Below, in pieces: positions 22,296 to 33,021 of a stretch of 64,000 nt of DNA. The stretch is taken from NCBI GenBank assembly GCA_963518965.1, contig CAUQMF010000001.1:1141-65140 (forward strand). The letters are read 5' to 3'. The notes under the pieces are model-generated. The model ran no database searches. It was not told where the DNA came from and saw only the letters and a program-made list of their open reading frames with translations. Position 1 is the stretch's first letter, and the number at the start of each line of letters is the position of its first letter. Made by a program: the position numbers and the translations under genes. This DNA is from an uncultured Campylobacter sp. GTDB taxonomy: Bacteria > Campylobacterota > Campylobacteria > Campylobacterales > Campylobacteraceae.

Positions 22296-23415
22296 CGATA
22301 AATTTCCTATAAATTTCTATATATTTTCGCGCGACCGCTCGCTCGTCAAACTCGCGCAGGGCGAGCTCCCGTCCGTTTCGGCCCATTTGCGAGGCCAAAT
22401 TTTCGTCGTTTAGTAAAATTTCTATCTTTGCGGCTAGGTCGGCGGAGCTTTTTACCTCGCAAAGCAGGCCGTTAAAGCCATTCGTCACGGCCTCGTTACA
22501 TCCTGCCACATCGCTAGCTACGACTGGCCTACCCATACTCATCGCCTCTAAAACCGTGCGCGGAAAGCCCTCTTTGTAGCTTGGAAGCGCAAGCAGATAG
22601 CTAGTCTTTAAAAGCTCTGGCACGTCGTCTCTAGCGCCCAGATACCGCACGGCGCCGCCCTTTAAAAACTTCACGTCTGCCGTGCTTTTGTTCCCTTCAA
22701 ATCCTTCGCCCGCAAATACAAACGCGCAGTCCTCGCGCCCGCGCAAAAGCTCTGCCGCCTCGTAAAACTCTCGCACGCCCTTGTGCCACATCGCGCGCGC
22801 TATCATCAGCACTATCTTTTTGCCGCGCAGATCCTCGCCCAAATTTGCGGCCGACACGCTGTTTTCGTCAAATTTGAGTGTATCCACGCCCACACTTTTT
22901 ATCTTAAAAATTTTCTCCTCGGCTATCAAACCGCGGCTCAAAAAATACGCCGGATCGGCCTCGTTTACGAACACGCAGCCGTCGCTCATATTTAGCGCTT
23001 TTTTATAAAGCGTCTCGATCGCAGCACGTACTAGACGGGTTTTTAAGTCGTTATCGATATAAAAGCTGCCAAGCCCCTCGACCAAATTTATCACGCGCTT
23101 TATGCCCGCTTTTTTAGCCGCAAAGGTGCCAAATACGTTTGACTTGTGCGCCGAGGTTTGCAGCAGATCCAAATTTAACCCGCGTAAAATCTCGGCGAGC
23201 TTTTTTGAGTTTTCAAGCACGGTTAGAGGATTTAAGCTCGCGCGGTCAAGCTCGTACGTCACGCAGTTAAACTCGCTTTTTAGCCTATCCGTGTAGTCGC
23301 CCTTTGGCGCGATAGCAAACACCTCATGCCCGAGCCGCTTTAGCTCGCGCATGATCGGCGCGCGGAAAAAGTAAATGCTCATATCGGCGTGACTCAAAAA
23401 TCCAAATTTAGCCAT
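22288..23415 (-). CDS. pglA: GT4 glycosyltransferase PglA
   Basis: 375 aa. The N-terminus [23 protein letters not shown] resembles C. jejuni PglA. EX7E-type C-terminal domain. Synteny between pglC and pglB. Confidence 0.85.
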   Translation of the reverse strand: MAKFGFLSHADMSIYFFRAPIMRELKRLGHEVFAIAPKGDYTDRLKSEFNCVTYELDRASLNPLTVLENSKKLAEILRGLNLDLLQTSAHKSNVFGTFAAKKAGIKRVINLVEGLGSFYIDNDLKTRLVRAAIETLYKKALNMSDGCVFVNEADPAYFLSRGLIAEEKIFKIKSVGVDTLKFDENSVSAANLGEDLRGKKIVLMIARAMWHKGVREFYEAAELLRGREDCAFVFAGEGFEGNKSTADVKFLKGGAVRYLGARDDVPELLKTSYLLALPSYKEGFPRTVLEAMSMGRPVVASDVAGCNEAVTNGFNGLLCEVKSSADLAAKIEILLNDENLASQMGRNGRELALREFDERAVARKYIEIYRKFIDV

Positions 23416-23474
23416 TTAAAAAACCTCTATCGCAAATTTAGCGGACACCTGTGCCTTGATCAAATTTACCGCCC

Positions 23475-25841
23475 TCATCTTAGCAACCTATAAATTTTAA
23501 CCGCGCCGTTTAAAACGACCGGCTCAAACAGCTCTTTGTCGTAGTTTTCGAGCACGAAAAGCTGTATATACGCCGAGTTTAGCACCGCTTCGTCAAGCAC
23601 CAAAAACCGCCTGTAATCCTTCATAAAAATGAGGTAAATTTTACTGTCCGCGTCCATCTCGTGCTTTTTAACGACTAGCTTGTCTTTCTCGTCGTAGCTT
23701 GTTTCAAAGTACGTATTTACGGGTATTTCGCGCTCGCCGATATAGACTTTAGATGCGTCGCCAGATACGCTAAAACCTCCACCGATATTTATCGTATCCT
23801 CGTCTATGGAGTAAGGTTTGCCCGGATAAAATATCGCCCCGTACTCCTCGCCGCTGTTTAGATCAAGGTTTGAAAAGCGCAAAACGGTGCTAAAAATATC
23901 AAGCATGGAGTCCGGTAAATAATAGTAAATCTCGCGCGTTTTTTGCGGCGGGCGAAAATCCTTGTCGTTTAGCGAATATAAAAACGAATTTACGTTAGTC
24001 GCGTTATAGTCCTTCATCATCTGCGCCAAATTTAGCCCGAATCTCTCGCTAAAATTTCGCTCTGTGTACTCGACCTCTAGACGCGCCATATTTGCCGACA
24101 TGCGTTGATTAGCCGCTAGCGCGAAGCTCACGGCGAAGTTATCTCTGCCCAGGTGCTTGCCGCCGTCGATGAGAGTCTTGACGTCCGCGTAGTAGCGGAT
24201 CGGATAGCCGTAGTCCCACCAGGCCAGCACGTAGTCCTCGCGCCCTGCTGTCTTGCGTAGTTTATCTAGACTCTCAACCTCGCTTTTGGCAAAGACCGTG
24301 CCGACTTTGTAGCCGTAAATATGCTCAAGACACGGCATCAAAGAAAGCGCGGCGATACAAAAGATGCAAATTTTTTCTAAAAGCGCGTGCTTTTTGAGCG
24401 AGCTTAGGCCTGAGGCCATAAAATAAGCCGCCCCGCAAACAAGCGCCGCCGCCGCAAACGTGGCTAGATATACGCCAAAGCTCGCCTCGCCGTCAAAATT
24501 TGGCGCAAAAACGGGAGATTTGCCGTGCAAAAGACTGTAATATTTATCAAAATACAAAAAGAAAAACGCAAAAAACGCCGCTAGGCAAACGGTACAAAAT
24601 TTGTCTAAAATTTTATCTTTTTTGAAAAAATTCACGCAAAGCGCCGCAAAATATCCAAATCCTATCGCCATCACGGGCACGGAGTAGATCGTAAACCTAA
24701 GCCCGCCTTTTAGCGCCAAAAACCCAAGCAGCAGCATCGGAAGCGCGAGCAAAAAGGAGCGAAATTTAAGACAAAGCGCCGCGACTCCTACGAGCGATAA
24801 AGCAAAAGTAACGATATGCCCGCTGATACGCTTAGCAAAGGCGTTTATCGACTCAAACTCAAACGAATAATCGCTCATTTCCATTATCGTTTTATTTACG
24901 TTGTAAAAATGAAAAACCGGCTCACTACTCTCGGAACCCCCGCGAAATATGTAAAATTTAAGCTGAAATAAAATTTGATTTAGCCCGCCGCTATAACCTA
25001 GAAGCGCGACGACTAAAGCAAGACAAGCCGCGACAGAGCGCTTATCCCAGATCTGCGGACGAAATCTCATCGCTAGATAAAGCGCGACCGCAAGCGCGCT
25101 TTTAGCGTAAAAATCAATATACGTAAGCGCCACTATCATCAAAATAACGGCCTCGTAATTTAGCGCGTTTTTCCTATCAAAAATCAAAGTATAGAGCAAA
25201 AATGCGCCCAGCATCGCAAAATTTAGCGAATACGAGCTGGGATACCACCAGTCGTTTATAAGGATAAAAATCGGGATAAAAATGAGGTCGCTTGCGTTTT
25301 TTTTCTGCGCGAGGCGTATCATCGCCCAGACGCTAAACGCAGGCAGCACGATCGTGAGCATATCGGTGTCGTAGTAGCCCGCCATCGTGCGGTTGTAGTA
25401 GCTGTTTGCGATGCTAGCTAGCAGCGCCGCCGCAAAGCCCGCGCCTGGCATCTCGTACTCTTTGGCTATCAAAATCACGGGAATAACGATAAGCGAGCTA
25501 AAAAACACGCTCATATAAAGCAAAATGCTCTCGAAGCTAAAAGGCAAAATTTGATACAAAAAATACGTAAGCGTCGGCATCGAACGGCCGTAGTAGCTAA
25601 GGTCGTTTGGCTGATGAAAGCCCGCTATCATATCGCGCGCACCCTCGGCGAAGGCGTAGCCGTCGTTTGTGCTGATCATGAGCTGATCGTTCCAGAAAAA
25701 GTGCTGGTATTCGCCCGCCCAGTACACCCAGTACAGCCTGCAAACCACGCTAAAAATAAACGCCGCAAGCATCAAAAAGCAAGTTTGCTTTGAAAATTTA
25801 AATTTGCCGGGGAATTCTAAAATTTTACTCGCCATTTTCAC
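23475..25841 (-). CDS. pglB: N-oligosaccharyltransferase PglB (STT3 family), long variant
   Basis: WWDYGY motif, NDGYAFAEGARD and YYDTDML acidic motifs, SMLDIF (MxxI-type). 788 aa, versus 713 aa remembered for C. jejuni. Confidence 0.95.
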   Translation of the reverse strand: MKMASKILEFPGKFKFSKQTCFLMLAAFIFSVVCRLYWVYWAGEYQHFFWNDQLMISTNDGYAFAEGARDMIAGFHQPNDLSYYGRSMPTLTYFLYQILPFSFESILLYMSVFFSSLIVIPVILIAKEYEMPGAGFAAALLASIANSYYNRTMAGYYDTDMLTIVLPAFSVWAMIRLAQKKNASDLIFIPIFILINDWWYPSSYSLNFAMLGAFLLYTLIFDRKNALNYEAVILMIVALTYIDFYAKSALAVALYLAMRFRPQIWDKRSVAACLALVVALLGYSGGLNQILFQLKFYIFRGGSESSEPVFHFYNVNKTIMEMSDYSFEFESINAFAKRISGHIVTFALSLVGVAALCLKFRSFLLALPMLLLGFLALKGGLRFTIYSVPVMAIGFGYFAALCVNFFKKDKILDKFCTVCLAAFFAFFFLYFDKYYSLLHGKSPVFAPNFDGEASFGVYLATFAAAALVCGAAYFMASGLSSLKKHALLEKICIFCIAALSLMPCLEHIYGYKVGTVFAKSEVESLDKLRKTAGREDYVLAWWDYGYPIRYYADVKTLIDGGKHLGRDNFAVSFALAANQRMSANMARLEVEYTERNFSERFGLNLAQMMKDYNATNVNSFLYSLNDKDFRPPQKTREIYYYLPDSMLDIFSTVLRFSNLDLNSGEEYGAIFYPGKPYSIDEDTINIGGGFSVSGDASKVYIGEREIPVNTYFETSYDEKDKLVVKKHEMDADSKIYLIFMKDYRRFLVLDEAVLNSAYIQLFVLENYDKELFEPVVLNGAVKIYRLLR

Positions 25842-26952
25842 CCTCTAAATATCCTATGAGCTGCGCCGCGACGGCGTTTTTATCAAATTTTGCCACGCGG
25901 CCGTAAGCTTTTTTTTCATAATCTCGCCTTAAATTTTCATCCTCAAGCGCTCGCTTCATCGCCGCCTCCATAGCTTTTTCGTCGTCAACTGGCGTTAAAA
26001 TGCCGTATTCATCGTCGCCAAGAAGCTCCCTAGCGCCGCTTTTATGATCGGTGGAGACGATAAATCTCTCGCAAGCAAGCGCCTCTAAAAGTACGTTTGA
26101 AAAGCCCTCAAACCGCGAAGCGCAGACGAAACACTGCGCGTTTTTGATAAATTTAAACGGATTTTTATCCGTGCCTAGCAGTTTTACGCGCGAGCTTACG
26201 CCAAGCTCGTCGATCAAATTTTGAAGCTCGCCTTGCAAAGGGCCTTTGCCGAGAATCCCAAGCGTCGCGCGCTCGTCGTTTAAATTTGCGATTATTCTTA
26301 TTAGCATCGCTTGATTTTTACCGCTATCAAGCCGGCCGATATTTAGAAAAAACGGCTTAAATTTATCCTCTAGCGGCTCGTTTGCGAGAGTTTTTATCGC
26401 CGCTAAATCGACCGCGTTATATAGCACCTTAGTTTTTGCGGCGTCGCAGCCAAAATTTCGCACGAGATCATCGGCGTTTCCCTGCGCGTTAGCAAGGATA
26501 AGATCGGCCCTAGGATACAGCGCCTTAACCAAAATTCTATTGGCAAGCCCGCTAATGCCGCTTTTATAGATGACCGACGGACAGCTGCGCTCGCTTATTA
26601 CCATACGTCCTTTTACTCCGGCGATCCTTGCTAAAAGTGCGATATAACAAGGCCGGTTCATTAAGACAAAATGCAGGTCGATAGCCAAATCGTCGCAAAG
26701 TTTTTTATAATTTAAGGCTAGAAACGGAAACAAAAGCCCCAAACGAAAAAGCTTTTTTACGCCGCTCTCATAGGGGTCTGAGCGCTCAAGGAAGTGGATT
26801 TTTACCGCGCTTGGTATCTCGTAGGCTACGACCTCGCTCATCAAAACGAGATGAACTTCGTATTTTTCGCAAAGAGCCGGGAGCAAATTTGAAACCACGC
26901 GCTCCGCGCCGCCAGGCCCCATTGAGTAGAGAAAAACGGCTAATTTTTTCAT
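25825..26952 (-). CDS. GT4 glycosyltransferase at the PglJ position
   Basis: Start trimmed to ATG 26952 (ATGA overlap with the upstream stop). MKKLAVFLYSMGPGGAERV N-terminus and EGFSNVLLEA motif of GT4 enzymes. Confidence 0.75.
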   Translation of the reverse strand: MKKLAVFLYSMGPGGAERVVSNLLPALCEKYEVHLVLMSEVVAYEIPSAVKIHFLERSDPYESGVKKLFRLGLLFPFLALNYKKLCDDLAIDLHFVLMNRPCYIALLARIAGVKGRMVISERSCPSVIYKSGISGLANRILVKALYPRADLILANAQGNADDLVRNFGCDAAKTKVLYNAVDLAAIKTLANEPLEDKFKPFFLNIGRLDSGKNQAMLIRIIANLNDERATLGILGKGPLQGELQNLIDELGVSSRVKLLGTDKNPFKFIKNAQCFVCASRFEGFSNVLLEALACERFIVSTDHKSGARELLGDDEYGILTPVDDEKAMEAAMKRALEDENLRRDYEKKAYGRVAKFDKNAVAAQLIGYLEGENGE

Positions 26953-27923
26953 TCGCCGTGCGTTTTTTTGTATATCCAAACGCGAATTTTAGTTAAAAAC
27001 AAAATCATCGACTTTGGAAACGGGCTTAAAATCAGCATCGCAAGCGCTTCTTTTGTAAATTTAAATTTGAGACTTTTAAAAAGATACTCGTACATTTTTT
27101 TGTATTCGCCGCCAAATTTCGCATAGTACGCCGCCATTTTATATAGGATCGCGATATGAGCGTCGTTTACGCGGAATTTCGGCTCGGCCGAATTTGCGCT
27201 AGCTTGAGCGTTTTTCTCGGCGATCTTTTGCAAAATGAGCTCCGCAGTCATCGCGTAGCCTTTCATTATGCAAAGCGGGCGTTTAAACGAGTTTATCGTG
27301 ACGCTGTCGCTGCGGTGAAAGCGGTAAATACGCACTGCATCGTGCAGATAGTAAGCAGGAAGGTCAAAAAGATAGATCCAAAGCGTATTTTCGCTACCGT
27401 AAAGCCCCTTTTCAAAGCGCCTCTGACCGATCGCATCTCGGCGAAACATTATCAAAAACTCGCCCGTTATCTTGCCGTCATAGTAGTCCTGCGGCGAAAT
27501 TTCCCCGCTTTTACTCAGTCCAAATCCCGAAAATTTCGTCGTCGGCTCACCGTCGATCTCAAAATAACAGTTCGCCCATACGCTAGCATACCCCTGCTCT
27601 AGCACGGCCGCCATCTTGCTTATGGCGCCTTCTATCAGCAAGTCATCGTCGTCTAGTATCACGAAAGCATCGCCGCTAGCATGATCAAAGCCGTTGTTTT
27701 TATTGCCGTTTGGGCCGCGGTCGTAGGTTTGATTTAAGACGTATTTTACGTTGTCAAATTTAGCGACGTAACTTTGCGCGAGCTCGCGCGTGCCGTCGTT
27801 TGAGTTATCGTCGCTGATTATGATTTCTTTATTTTCATAGTCTTGAGCCAGCGCGCTTTTTAGGGCGGCTTCAAAAAGCTCTTTGCGGTTGTAGGTCGGG
27901 ATTATTATGCTTACTTTTAGCAT
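26949..27923 (-). CDS. GT2 glycosyltransferase at the PglI position
   Basis: VSIIIPTYNR...DDNSNDGT...DDDD, the GT-A fold signature of family 2. Confidence 0.8.
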   Translation of the reverse strand: MLKVSIIIPTYNRKELFEAALKSALAQDYENKEIIISDDNSNDGTRELAQSYVAKFDNVKYVLNQTYDRGPNGNKNNGFDHASGDAFVILDDDDLLIEGAISKMAAVLEQGYASVWANCYFEIDGEPTTKFSGFGLSKSGEISPQDYYDGKITGEFLIMFRRDAIGQRRFEKGLYGSENTLWIYLFDLPAYYLHDAVRIYRFHRSDSVTINSFKRPLCIMKGYAMTAELILQKIAEKNAQASANSAEPKFRVNDAHIAILYKMAAYYAKFGGEYKKMYEYLFKSLKFKFTKEALAMLILSPFPKSMILFLTKIRVWIYKKTHGE

Positions 27924-27924
27924 T

Positions 27925-28989
27925 TTAGCTCTTTATATTTTGCGTGATAAAATCCATCCACTTTTGATAAATTTGATCGGTTTTAAAGGCGTTTTTGCGC
28001 TCGTTGGCGTTTTTTACCAGCTCTTGCCTCAGCTCCTCGTCGCGCATTAAAAGTTCGATTTTACTTCCGAGCGCTTTTACGTCGTCTATCGGCACTAAAA
28101 ACCCGTCCTTGCCGTCCTCGATAAGCTCTTTTGCGCCGCTTGTAGCAGTCGCCACCCTGGCGCAGTTAAAAAATACGCTCTCGATTAAAACGTTTGGCAA
28201 GCCCTCGGTTTTGGAGCTTGAGACTAAAATTTTAGACCTTTCGTAAAGTGAGGCGACGTCGCTCGTTTGCCCGATAAATTCGGCATTTAGATGCAGTTGC
28301 TCGTGCGCGATGAGCTCTAGTCTTTGCCTCTCTTCGCCAGCGCCAGCTATCACGATTTTCCAGTCTTTTAAAAGCTCTTTATCGACCAAACTCATTGCCT
28401 TTAAAAATACGTCGCAGCCTTTAAGCGAGATGAGGCGACCGACGAAAAGGATGATATTTTCCTTCGGCAAGCCCTGTTTTTTGGCTTCAAACATCGGATT
28501 ATACATAACTGTTTTATTTTTTACGAAGCTATAGTACTCGTAGTCTTCTTTCGTAAGTACCGTGAGTCCGCTAGCTAGCGGATAGAGCATACGGCGCAAA
28601 AACAACCAGCCACGCCCTTTGAAAAAATCGGCACTTGAATGCTCGCTGATAAAAAGCGGCTTACCGATAAATAAATTCGACAAAATCACGTTGATATTGG
28701 TACTATCCATCGAGGAGATAACGACGTCAAACCCGCCGTTTTTGATCAAATTTCGCTGATAAAAAAACTTTTTCACGCGCCTTATTAAATTTGCGAAAAA
28801 GCCCTTTTTCACCATCGGAAAAGGCAGATCGATCAGCTTTATCCTCTCGTCTAGCTCGTAAAACGGCGGTTTGGTGTCAAATTTTAAAAGTGTCACGTCG
28901 TGAAATTTCGCAAAATAGCTCGCCAGCAAGCTCATCACGCGCTCGGCGCCGCCTGCTTGCAGGGTCGAAATTATAAATAAAACCTTCAT
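27925..28989 (-). CDS. GT4 glycosyltransferase at the PglH position
   Basis: 354 aa. N-terminal FIISTLQAGGAERV and SKTEGLPNVLIES motif. Confidence 0.75.
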   Translation of the reverse strand: MKVLFIISTLQAGGAERVMSLLASYFAKFHDVTLLKFDTKPPFYELDERIKLIDLPFPMVKKGFFANLIRRVKKFFYQRNLIKNGGFDVVISSMDSTNINVILSNLFIGKPLFISEHSSADFFKGRGWLFLRRMLYPLASGLTVLTKEDYEYYSFVKNKTVMYNPMFEAKKQGLPKENIILFVGRLISLKGCDVFLKAMSLVDKELLKDWKIVIAGAGEERQRLELIAHEQLHLNAEFIGQTSDVASLYERSKILVSSSKTEGLPNVLIESVFFNCARVATATSGAKELIEDGKDGFLVPIDDVKALGSKIELLMRDEELRQELVKNANERKNAFKTDQIYQKWMDFITQNIKS

Positions 28990-29082
28990 TCTCTCTCCAA
29001 ATTTTAATCGATGCGCGAAAATTTAATAAATCTTCAAAATTATTGATTTTATAAATTTTGAGCTTTATAATCGCTTAGTTTC

Positions 29083-29838
29083 TTATCTTTTAAATATCCG
29101 CTCATAGCCTAAAATTGCCGCTTCAAAGCGCGTTGCGACGACATATTTTAAGCTATTTAGACGGGCTAGCGGCGAGACTTTTGCCTGCGCTCTTTGCACC
29201 CGCTCGGCTTGGATATTTGAGTCCGCTAAATCGATCGGATGCGCGAAAATATCGCTAAAATACATCTTTAAGCCGTTTTGTAAAAGCAAAATCCGCCAAA
29301 AATCAGCCACGCAAAGCGCCTTTTTGTGCGTTTGCAGGAGCTTTTCTGCCACGCGCCTATCAAGCACGTAGGCAGCCGCTCGGTAAATCGTTCCGTAAGA
29401 TCGCTTTGAGACTAGCCAAAAATCATCTTCTAGTTTTTTACCAAAGGCGCTAAACCGACCCTCTAACCCGTCTTGCGCGCCGCAAATAAGCGCCGAGCCC
29501 GCCTTCATCTTAGCAGCCGTTTCAAACGCCTTTTTCACGCCGTTTTCGTCTCCGATAACGTCGTCTTCTAAGATGAGCGCAAATTTGGCGTCGCTTTTTA
29601 AAAACTCCTCGTAAGCGCGCACGTGAGAGAGCGAGCAGCCGACCTCGGACGGGCTTAACAGCCTGCCGTAGGCCTCGAGGCTAGCTAGCGCATAGCCATA
29701 GTACTCCTTTGCACTCATTGTTCTACCGTCGATTGCATCGACGAGCCTAAATTCGCCGTAGTTTTTAAACCGCTCTTTTAGCTTTTGCCTGCGCGCCTCG
29801 TCGCTTTTTAGCGAAATAACGAATACTAAATTTTTCAT
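29083..29838 (-). CDS. glycosyltransferase family 25 (LPS/LOS-type)
   Basis: FVISLKSDEARRQ...LSPSEVGCSLSH...LILEDD pattern characteristic of GT25. Confidence 0.75.
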   Translation of the reverse strand: MKNLVFVISLKSDEARRQKLKERFKNYGEFRLVDAIDGRTMSAKEYYGYALASLEAYGRLLSPSEVGCSLSHVRAYEEFLKSDAKFALILEDDVIGDENGVKKAFETAAKMKAGSALICGAQDGLEGRFSAFGKKLEDDFWLVSKRSYGTIYRAAAYVLDRRVAEKLLQTHKKALCVADFWRILLLQNGLKMYFSDIFAHPIDLADSNIQAERVQRAQAKVSPLARLNSLKYVVATRFEAAILGYERIFKR

Positions 29839-31349
29839 CTTTTAAACTTCGATTTGATTTTATTTATCACGATTAGTTGTTCTCTTTTGTCAAATATCAA
29901 AAACAAGCTCGCGGCGTATCCCACTGCAAGTAAAACCGCCGAATATGCGGCAAATTCGCCCCAGTTTGAAATCTGCACGAAATTTCGCAGCCAAAAAAAC
30001 AACCCGCAAACGGCCGCAAAAACGGCTAAATTTTTAAAATAAACGCCGTAAAAAGTAGTAAGCGGCAGGCTCAAATTTAAGGCAGCATTTATGAGATCAA
30101 ACCCCAAAATGCGCACCGAATAAAGCGCGGCGCCGACGATCACCATACCGTAAATGCCGTAAGGCGTAAATTTAAGCACGGCAATCTGCGCCAAAATCGT
30201 GCCGGCACCCAAAATCGTGTTTGCTATCGCGGGGCGTTTTAGTTTATTTGTCGCGCTGTCGAGATTAAAAAGCGAAAAAACATAGCTAATAAATATAATC
30301 GGCACTAGAGTTATCATCGAAAGATTATAGATTAGGCTTATCTCGTCCGCGCTTTTAAACGGCAACCAAAGCGTGTAAAATTCGCGCCCGAAAGCCACGA
30401 AAATAGCCGCCGGCACGCTCATGACAAATGCCGTAACTCGCATCGAAAATTTAGCCTCCGCAACAAGCGCGGTCAAATTTGATTTAGAATAGTGCTCGAC
30501 GAATTTGGGTGCAAATATCGCGCTAAGCTGCGCCACGAAGCTCTCTAAAATGATCGGAGCCGCCTTTGAAACGGCTAAAATTCCCGTCGCGTTCGCGTTT
30601 AAAAAGATATTGCAGATAAACAGATCCATACCACTCATAAGCACGCGGTTTAGGGCGTTAAAGCTATTATAGACGCCTGATTTTAGTAGCTCTTTTATCC
30701 GAGCAAAGTCAAATTCTCGCGGGTTAAATTTAAGCTCCGGAGTGATACGGCGCGAAACCCAAACGCTCGTAAAAAAAACAAAGAGCGACGCGACTAGAGC
30801 AGAGATCGCGATATAGGCGATCATCGGTCTAAAAAAATAAAAAAGCGCCACGATGAGAGCAGCCAAAATAGCGCTAGACGCGGCGTTGCGAACGGAGATG
30901 ATGTAGAGCTTGTTTTTAATAAACATAGATACGCTGATGACGCCGTTAAAAAGCCCGACGCAAAAATTTATAAAATAAAACGCAAAAGTAAGCCGCACGT
31001 CGCCTAGTAGCGCGTCGCTCACGTTTAGTACGCTTTGTAAATTTAAGATAAAAATGCCCGCACCAAACAAAATAAGAACGCAAAAAAAGATATTTACGAC
31101 TAGAACCGACGAGTAGTAGGCGTTAGCCGCGCGGGTACCCCCTCTGTGCCACTCGTACGCGACGAAACGGCCGCTAACCGAGTTTATCGCCGCGGTTACG
31201 ACTAGGGCGTAGGCCACGATAGCGTTGGACAGCCCGACAAAGCCGTAGGCTTCGTTGCCTAGGCTCTTTAAAATGTAGGGCGTGAGGAAAAAATTTATCC
31301 CCATCGAGACGATAAAAACGACGATGGAGCTGATCAAATTTACGAGCAT
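29835..31349 (-). CDS. Wzx-like oligosaccharide flippase (MOP superfamily polysaccharide biosynthesis protein)
   Basis: 504 aa, about 12-14 TM helices, no ATPase motifs. Embedded in the glycosyltransferase operon with 1-4 nt overlaps. Confidence 0.7.
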   Translation of the reverse strand: MLVNLISSIVVFIVSMGINFFLTPYILKSLGNEAYGFVGLSNAIVAYALVVTAAINSVSGRFVAYEWHRGGTRAANAYYSSVLVVNIFFCVLILFGAGIFILNLQSVLNVSDALLGDVRLTFAFYFINFCVGLFNGVISVSMFIKNKLYIISVRNAASSAILAALIVALFYFFRPMIAYIAISALVASLFVFFTSVWVSRRITPELKFNPREFDFARIKELLKSGVYNSFNALNRVLMSGMDLFICNIFLNANATGILAVSKAAPIILESFVAQLSAIFAPKFVEHYSKSNLTALVAEAKFSMRVTAFVMSVPAAIFVAFGREFYTLWLPFKSADEISLIYNLSMITLVPIIFISYVFSLFNLDSATNKLKRPAIANTILGAGTILAQIAVLKFTPYGIYGMVIVGAALYSVRILGFDLINAALNLSLPLTTFYGVYFKNLAVFAAVCGLFFWLRNFVQISNWGEFAAYSAVLLAVGYAASLFLIFDKREQLIVINKIKSKFKR

Positions 31350-32581
31350 TACAGCCTTGCGTCGGCGTTTTCGTAAACGTTTTTGATATCGTAAACGAGC
31401 GCTTTGCTAAATTTTAACCCTTTAAATTTATCGTGTGCGACGGCGATCACGACGCAGTCGTAGTCCGCCTCGTCAAAGCTTTTTAGCGGTGTGATACCGT
31501 ATTCGCGCTTCACCTCGGCTTCGTCCGCCCACGGATCGTAGACGTCCACGCTGCAACCAAAATCCCTAAGCTCCTCGATCACGTCTATCACGCGCGAGTT
31601 GCGGATGTCGGGGCAGTTTTCCTTAAACGTAAGACCAAGCACCAAAACGCGAGCCGAATTTATCAAAACACCCCTTTTTATCATTAGTTTTACGACCTGA
31701 TCTGCAGCGTATTTGCCCATATTGTCGTTGATACGGCGACCTGCTAGGATCATTTCCGGATGAAAGCCAAGCTCCTGCGCCTTGTGCGTGAGGTAATAAG
31801 GATCCACGCCGATGCAGTGGCCGCCGACTAGGCCTGGGCGGAAATTTAAGAAATTCCACTTCGTGCCCGCCGCCTGCAAAACGGCGTTCGTGTCGATGTT
31901 CATTTTGTTAAATATCATCGCAAGCTCGTTCATAAAAGCGATATTTATGTCGCGCTGAGTATTTTCGATAACCTTGGCAGCCTCGGCGACCTTGATAGTA
32001 GGCGCTTTATGCGTGCCCGCCGTTATGATCGAGCGGTAGACCTCGTCGACCTTTTCGGCGATTTCAGGCGTCGAGCCGCTAGTGATTTTTTTGATTTTAG
32101 TTACGGTGTGCTCTTTGTCGCCCGGATTTATGCGCTCCGGCGAGTATCCGCAGAAAAAGTCCTCGTTAAATTTAAGCCCGCTTTGCTCCAGCAGCGGCAC
32201 GCAGATTTCCTCCGTAACGCCCGGATACACCGTGCTTTCATACACGACGATATCGCCCTTTTTTAGCACCTTTGCGACGCTTTGCGTGGCTTTTACCACT
32301 GGCGTCAAATCAGGGCGCTTGTTTTTGTCTATCGGCGTCGGAACGGTAACGATAAAGAAATTACAATCCTTTATATCGTCTAAATTTAGGCTAAATTTCA
32401 TACCGTTTTCTATCGCTTTTTTCATCTGCTCGGCGCTTAGCTCTAGCGTGCGATCATACCCGCTTTTAAGCTCCTCGATGCGGGCAGCGTTTACATCAAA
32501 GCCCGTAACTTCGTATTTCTCGCTAAACGCTGCCGCCAAAGGCAGTCCGACGTATCCTAGTCCGATAACGGCTATTTTCAT
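31349..32581 (-). CDS. UDP-N-acetylhexosamine 6-dehydrogenase (TviB/WbpO-like nucleotide-sugar dehydrogenase)
   Basis: N-terminus [46 protein letters not shown] and catalytic [11 protein letters not shown], typical of the TviB/WbpO/VipA subgroup. Confidence 0.78.
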   Translation of the reverse strand: MKIAVIGLGYVGLPLAAAFSEKYEVTGFDVNAARIEELKSGYDRTLELSAEQMKKAIENGMKFSLNLDDIKDCNFFIVTVPTPIDKNKRPDLTPVVKATQSVAKVLKKGDIVVYESTVYPGVTEEICVPLLEQSGLKFNEDFFCGYSPERINPGDKEHTVTKIKKITSGSTPEIAEKVDEVYRSIITAGTHKAPTIKVAEAAKVIENTQRDINIAFMNELAMIFNKMNIDTNAVLQAAGTKWNFLNFRPGLVGGHCIGVDPYYLTHKAQELGFHPEMILAGRRINDNMGKYAADQVVKLMIKRGVLINSARVLVLGLTFKENCPDIRNSRVIDVIEELRDFGCSVDVYDPWADEAEVKREYGITPLKSFDEADYDCVVIAVAHDKFKGLKFSKALVYDIKNVYENADARL

Positions 32582-33021
32582 TTATTTTTCCTTTTTAATT
32601 TTTTTGATTCTATCGTTTTTACGCGTTCATACATTCTTATTTCCGCACCTACGCCTTGCGGAGTTATGATTTTAACGGGGCTAACGCCTGGTAAAATTTG
32701 AGTGAGCTCATAATAAACCCGCCTCTTTTTCTTTCCGTCCTTGCAAAGCATCATCGTTTGCGCCAGCTCGTCACCGCCGCTAAATTCGTAATAAATCCCG
32801 CGCGCGTCCTCTTTTTCCTCGAGTTTTCCGCCGAGTAAAAAGGCGAAGTTGCAGTCGATTTGCATATCTTTAAAAAACGCGACTTCGTATTTAAAATAAT
32901 CAGGCGGCATCTTTGAGATAGGTAGCTCAAAAATATTTTCCTCGGTTTTAGCTGCGTTTTCGCCCGCCAAAAGCGCAAACGGCAACGCGCAAGCCGCGAT
33001 AAAAAGTAAAATTTTCCTCAT
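32578..33021 (-). CDS. small secreted protein of unknown function
   Basis: 147 aa with signal peptide [24 protein letters not shown] overlaps at both ends with the flanking dehydrogenase genes. Confidence 0.6.
   Translation of the reverse strand: MRKILLFIAACALPFALLAGENAAKTEENIFELPISKMPPDYFKYEVAFFKDMQIDCNFAFLLGGKLEEKEDARGIYYEFSGGDELAQTMMLCKDGKKKRRVYYELTQILPGVSPVKIITPQGVGAEIRMYERVKTIESKKLKRKNK

Noticed and set aside
32082-32669. 195-aa + strand ORF (and the 85-aa ORF at 32009-32266)
   Set aside because: They are antisense shadow ORFs within the TviB/WbpO-like dehydrogenase gene. There are no start context and no recognisable motifs.
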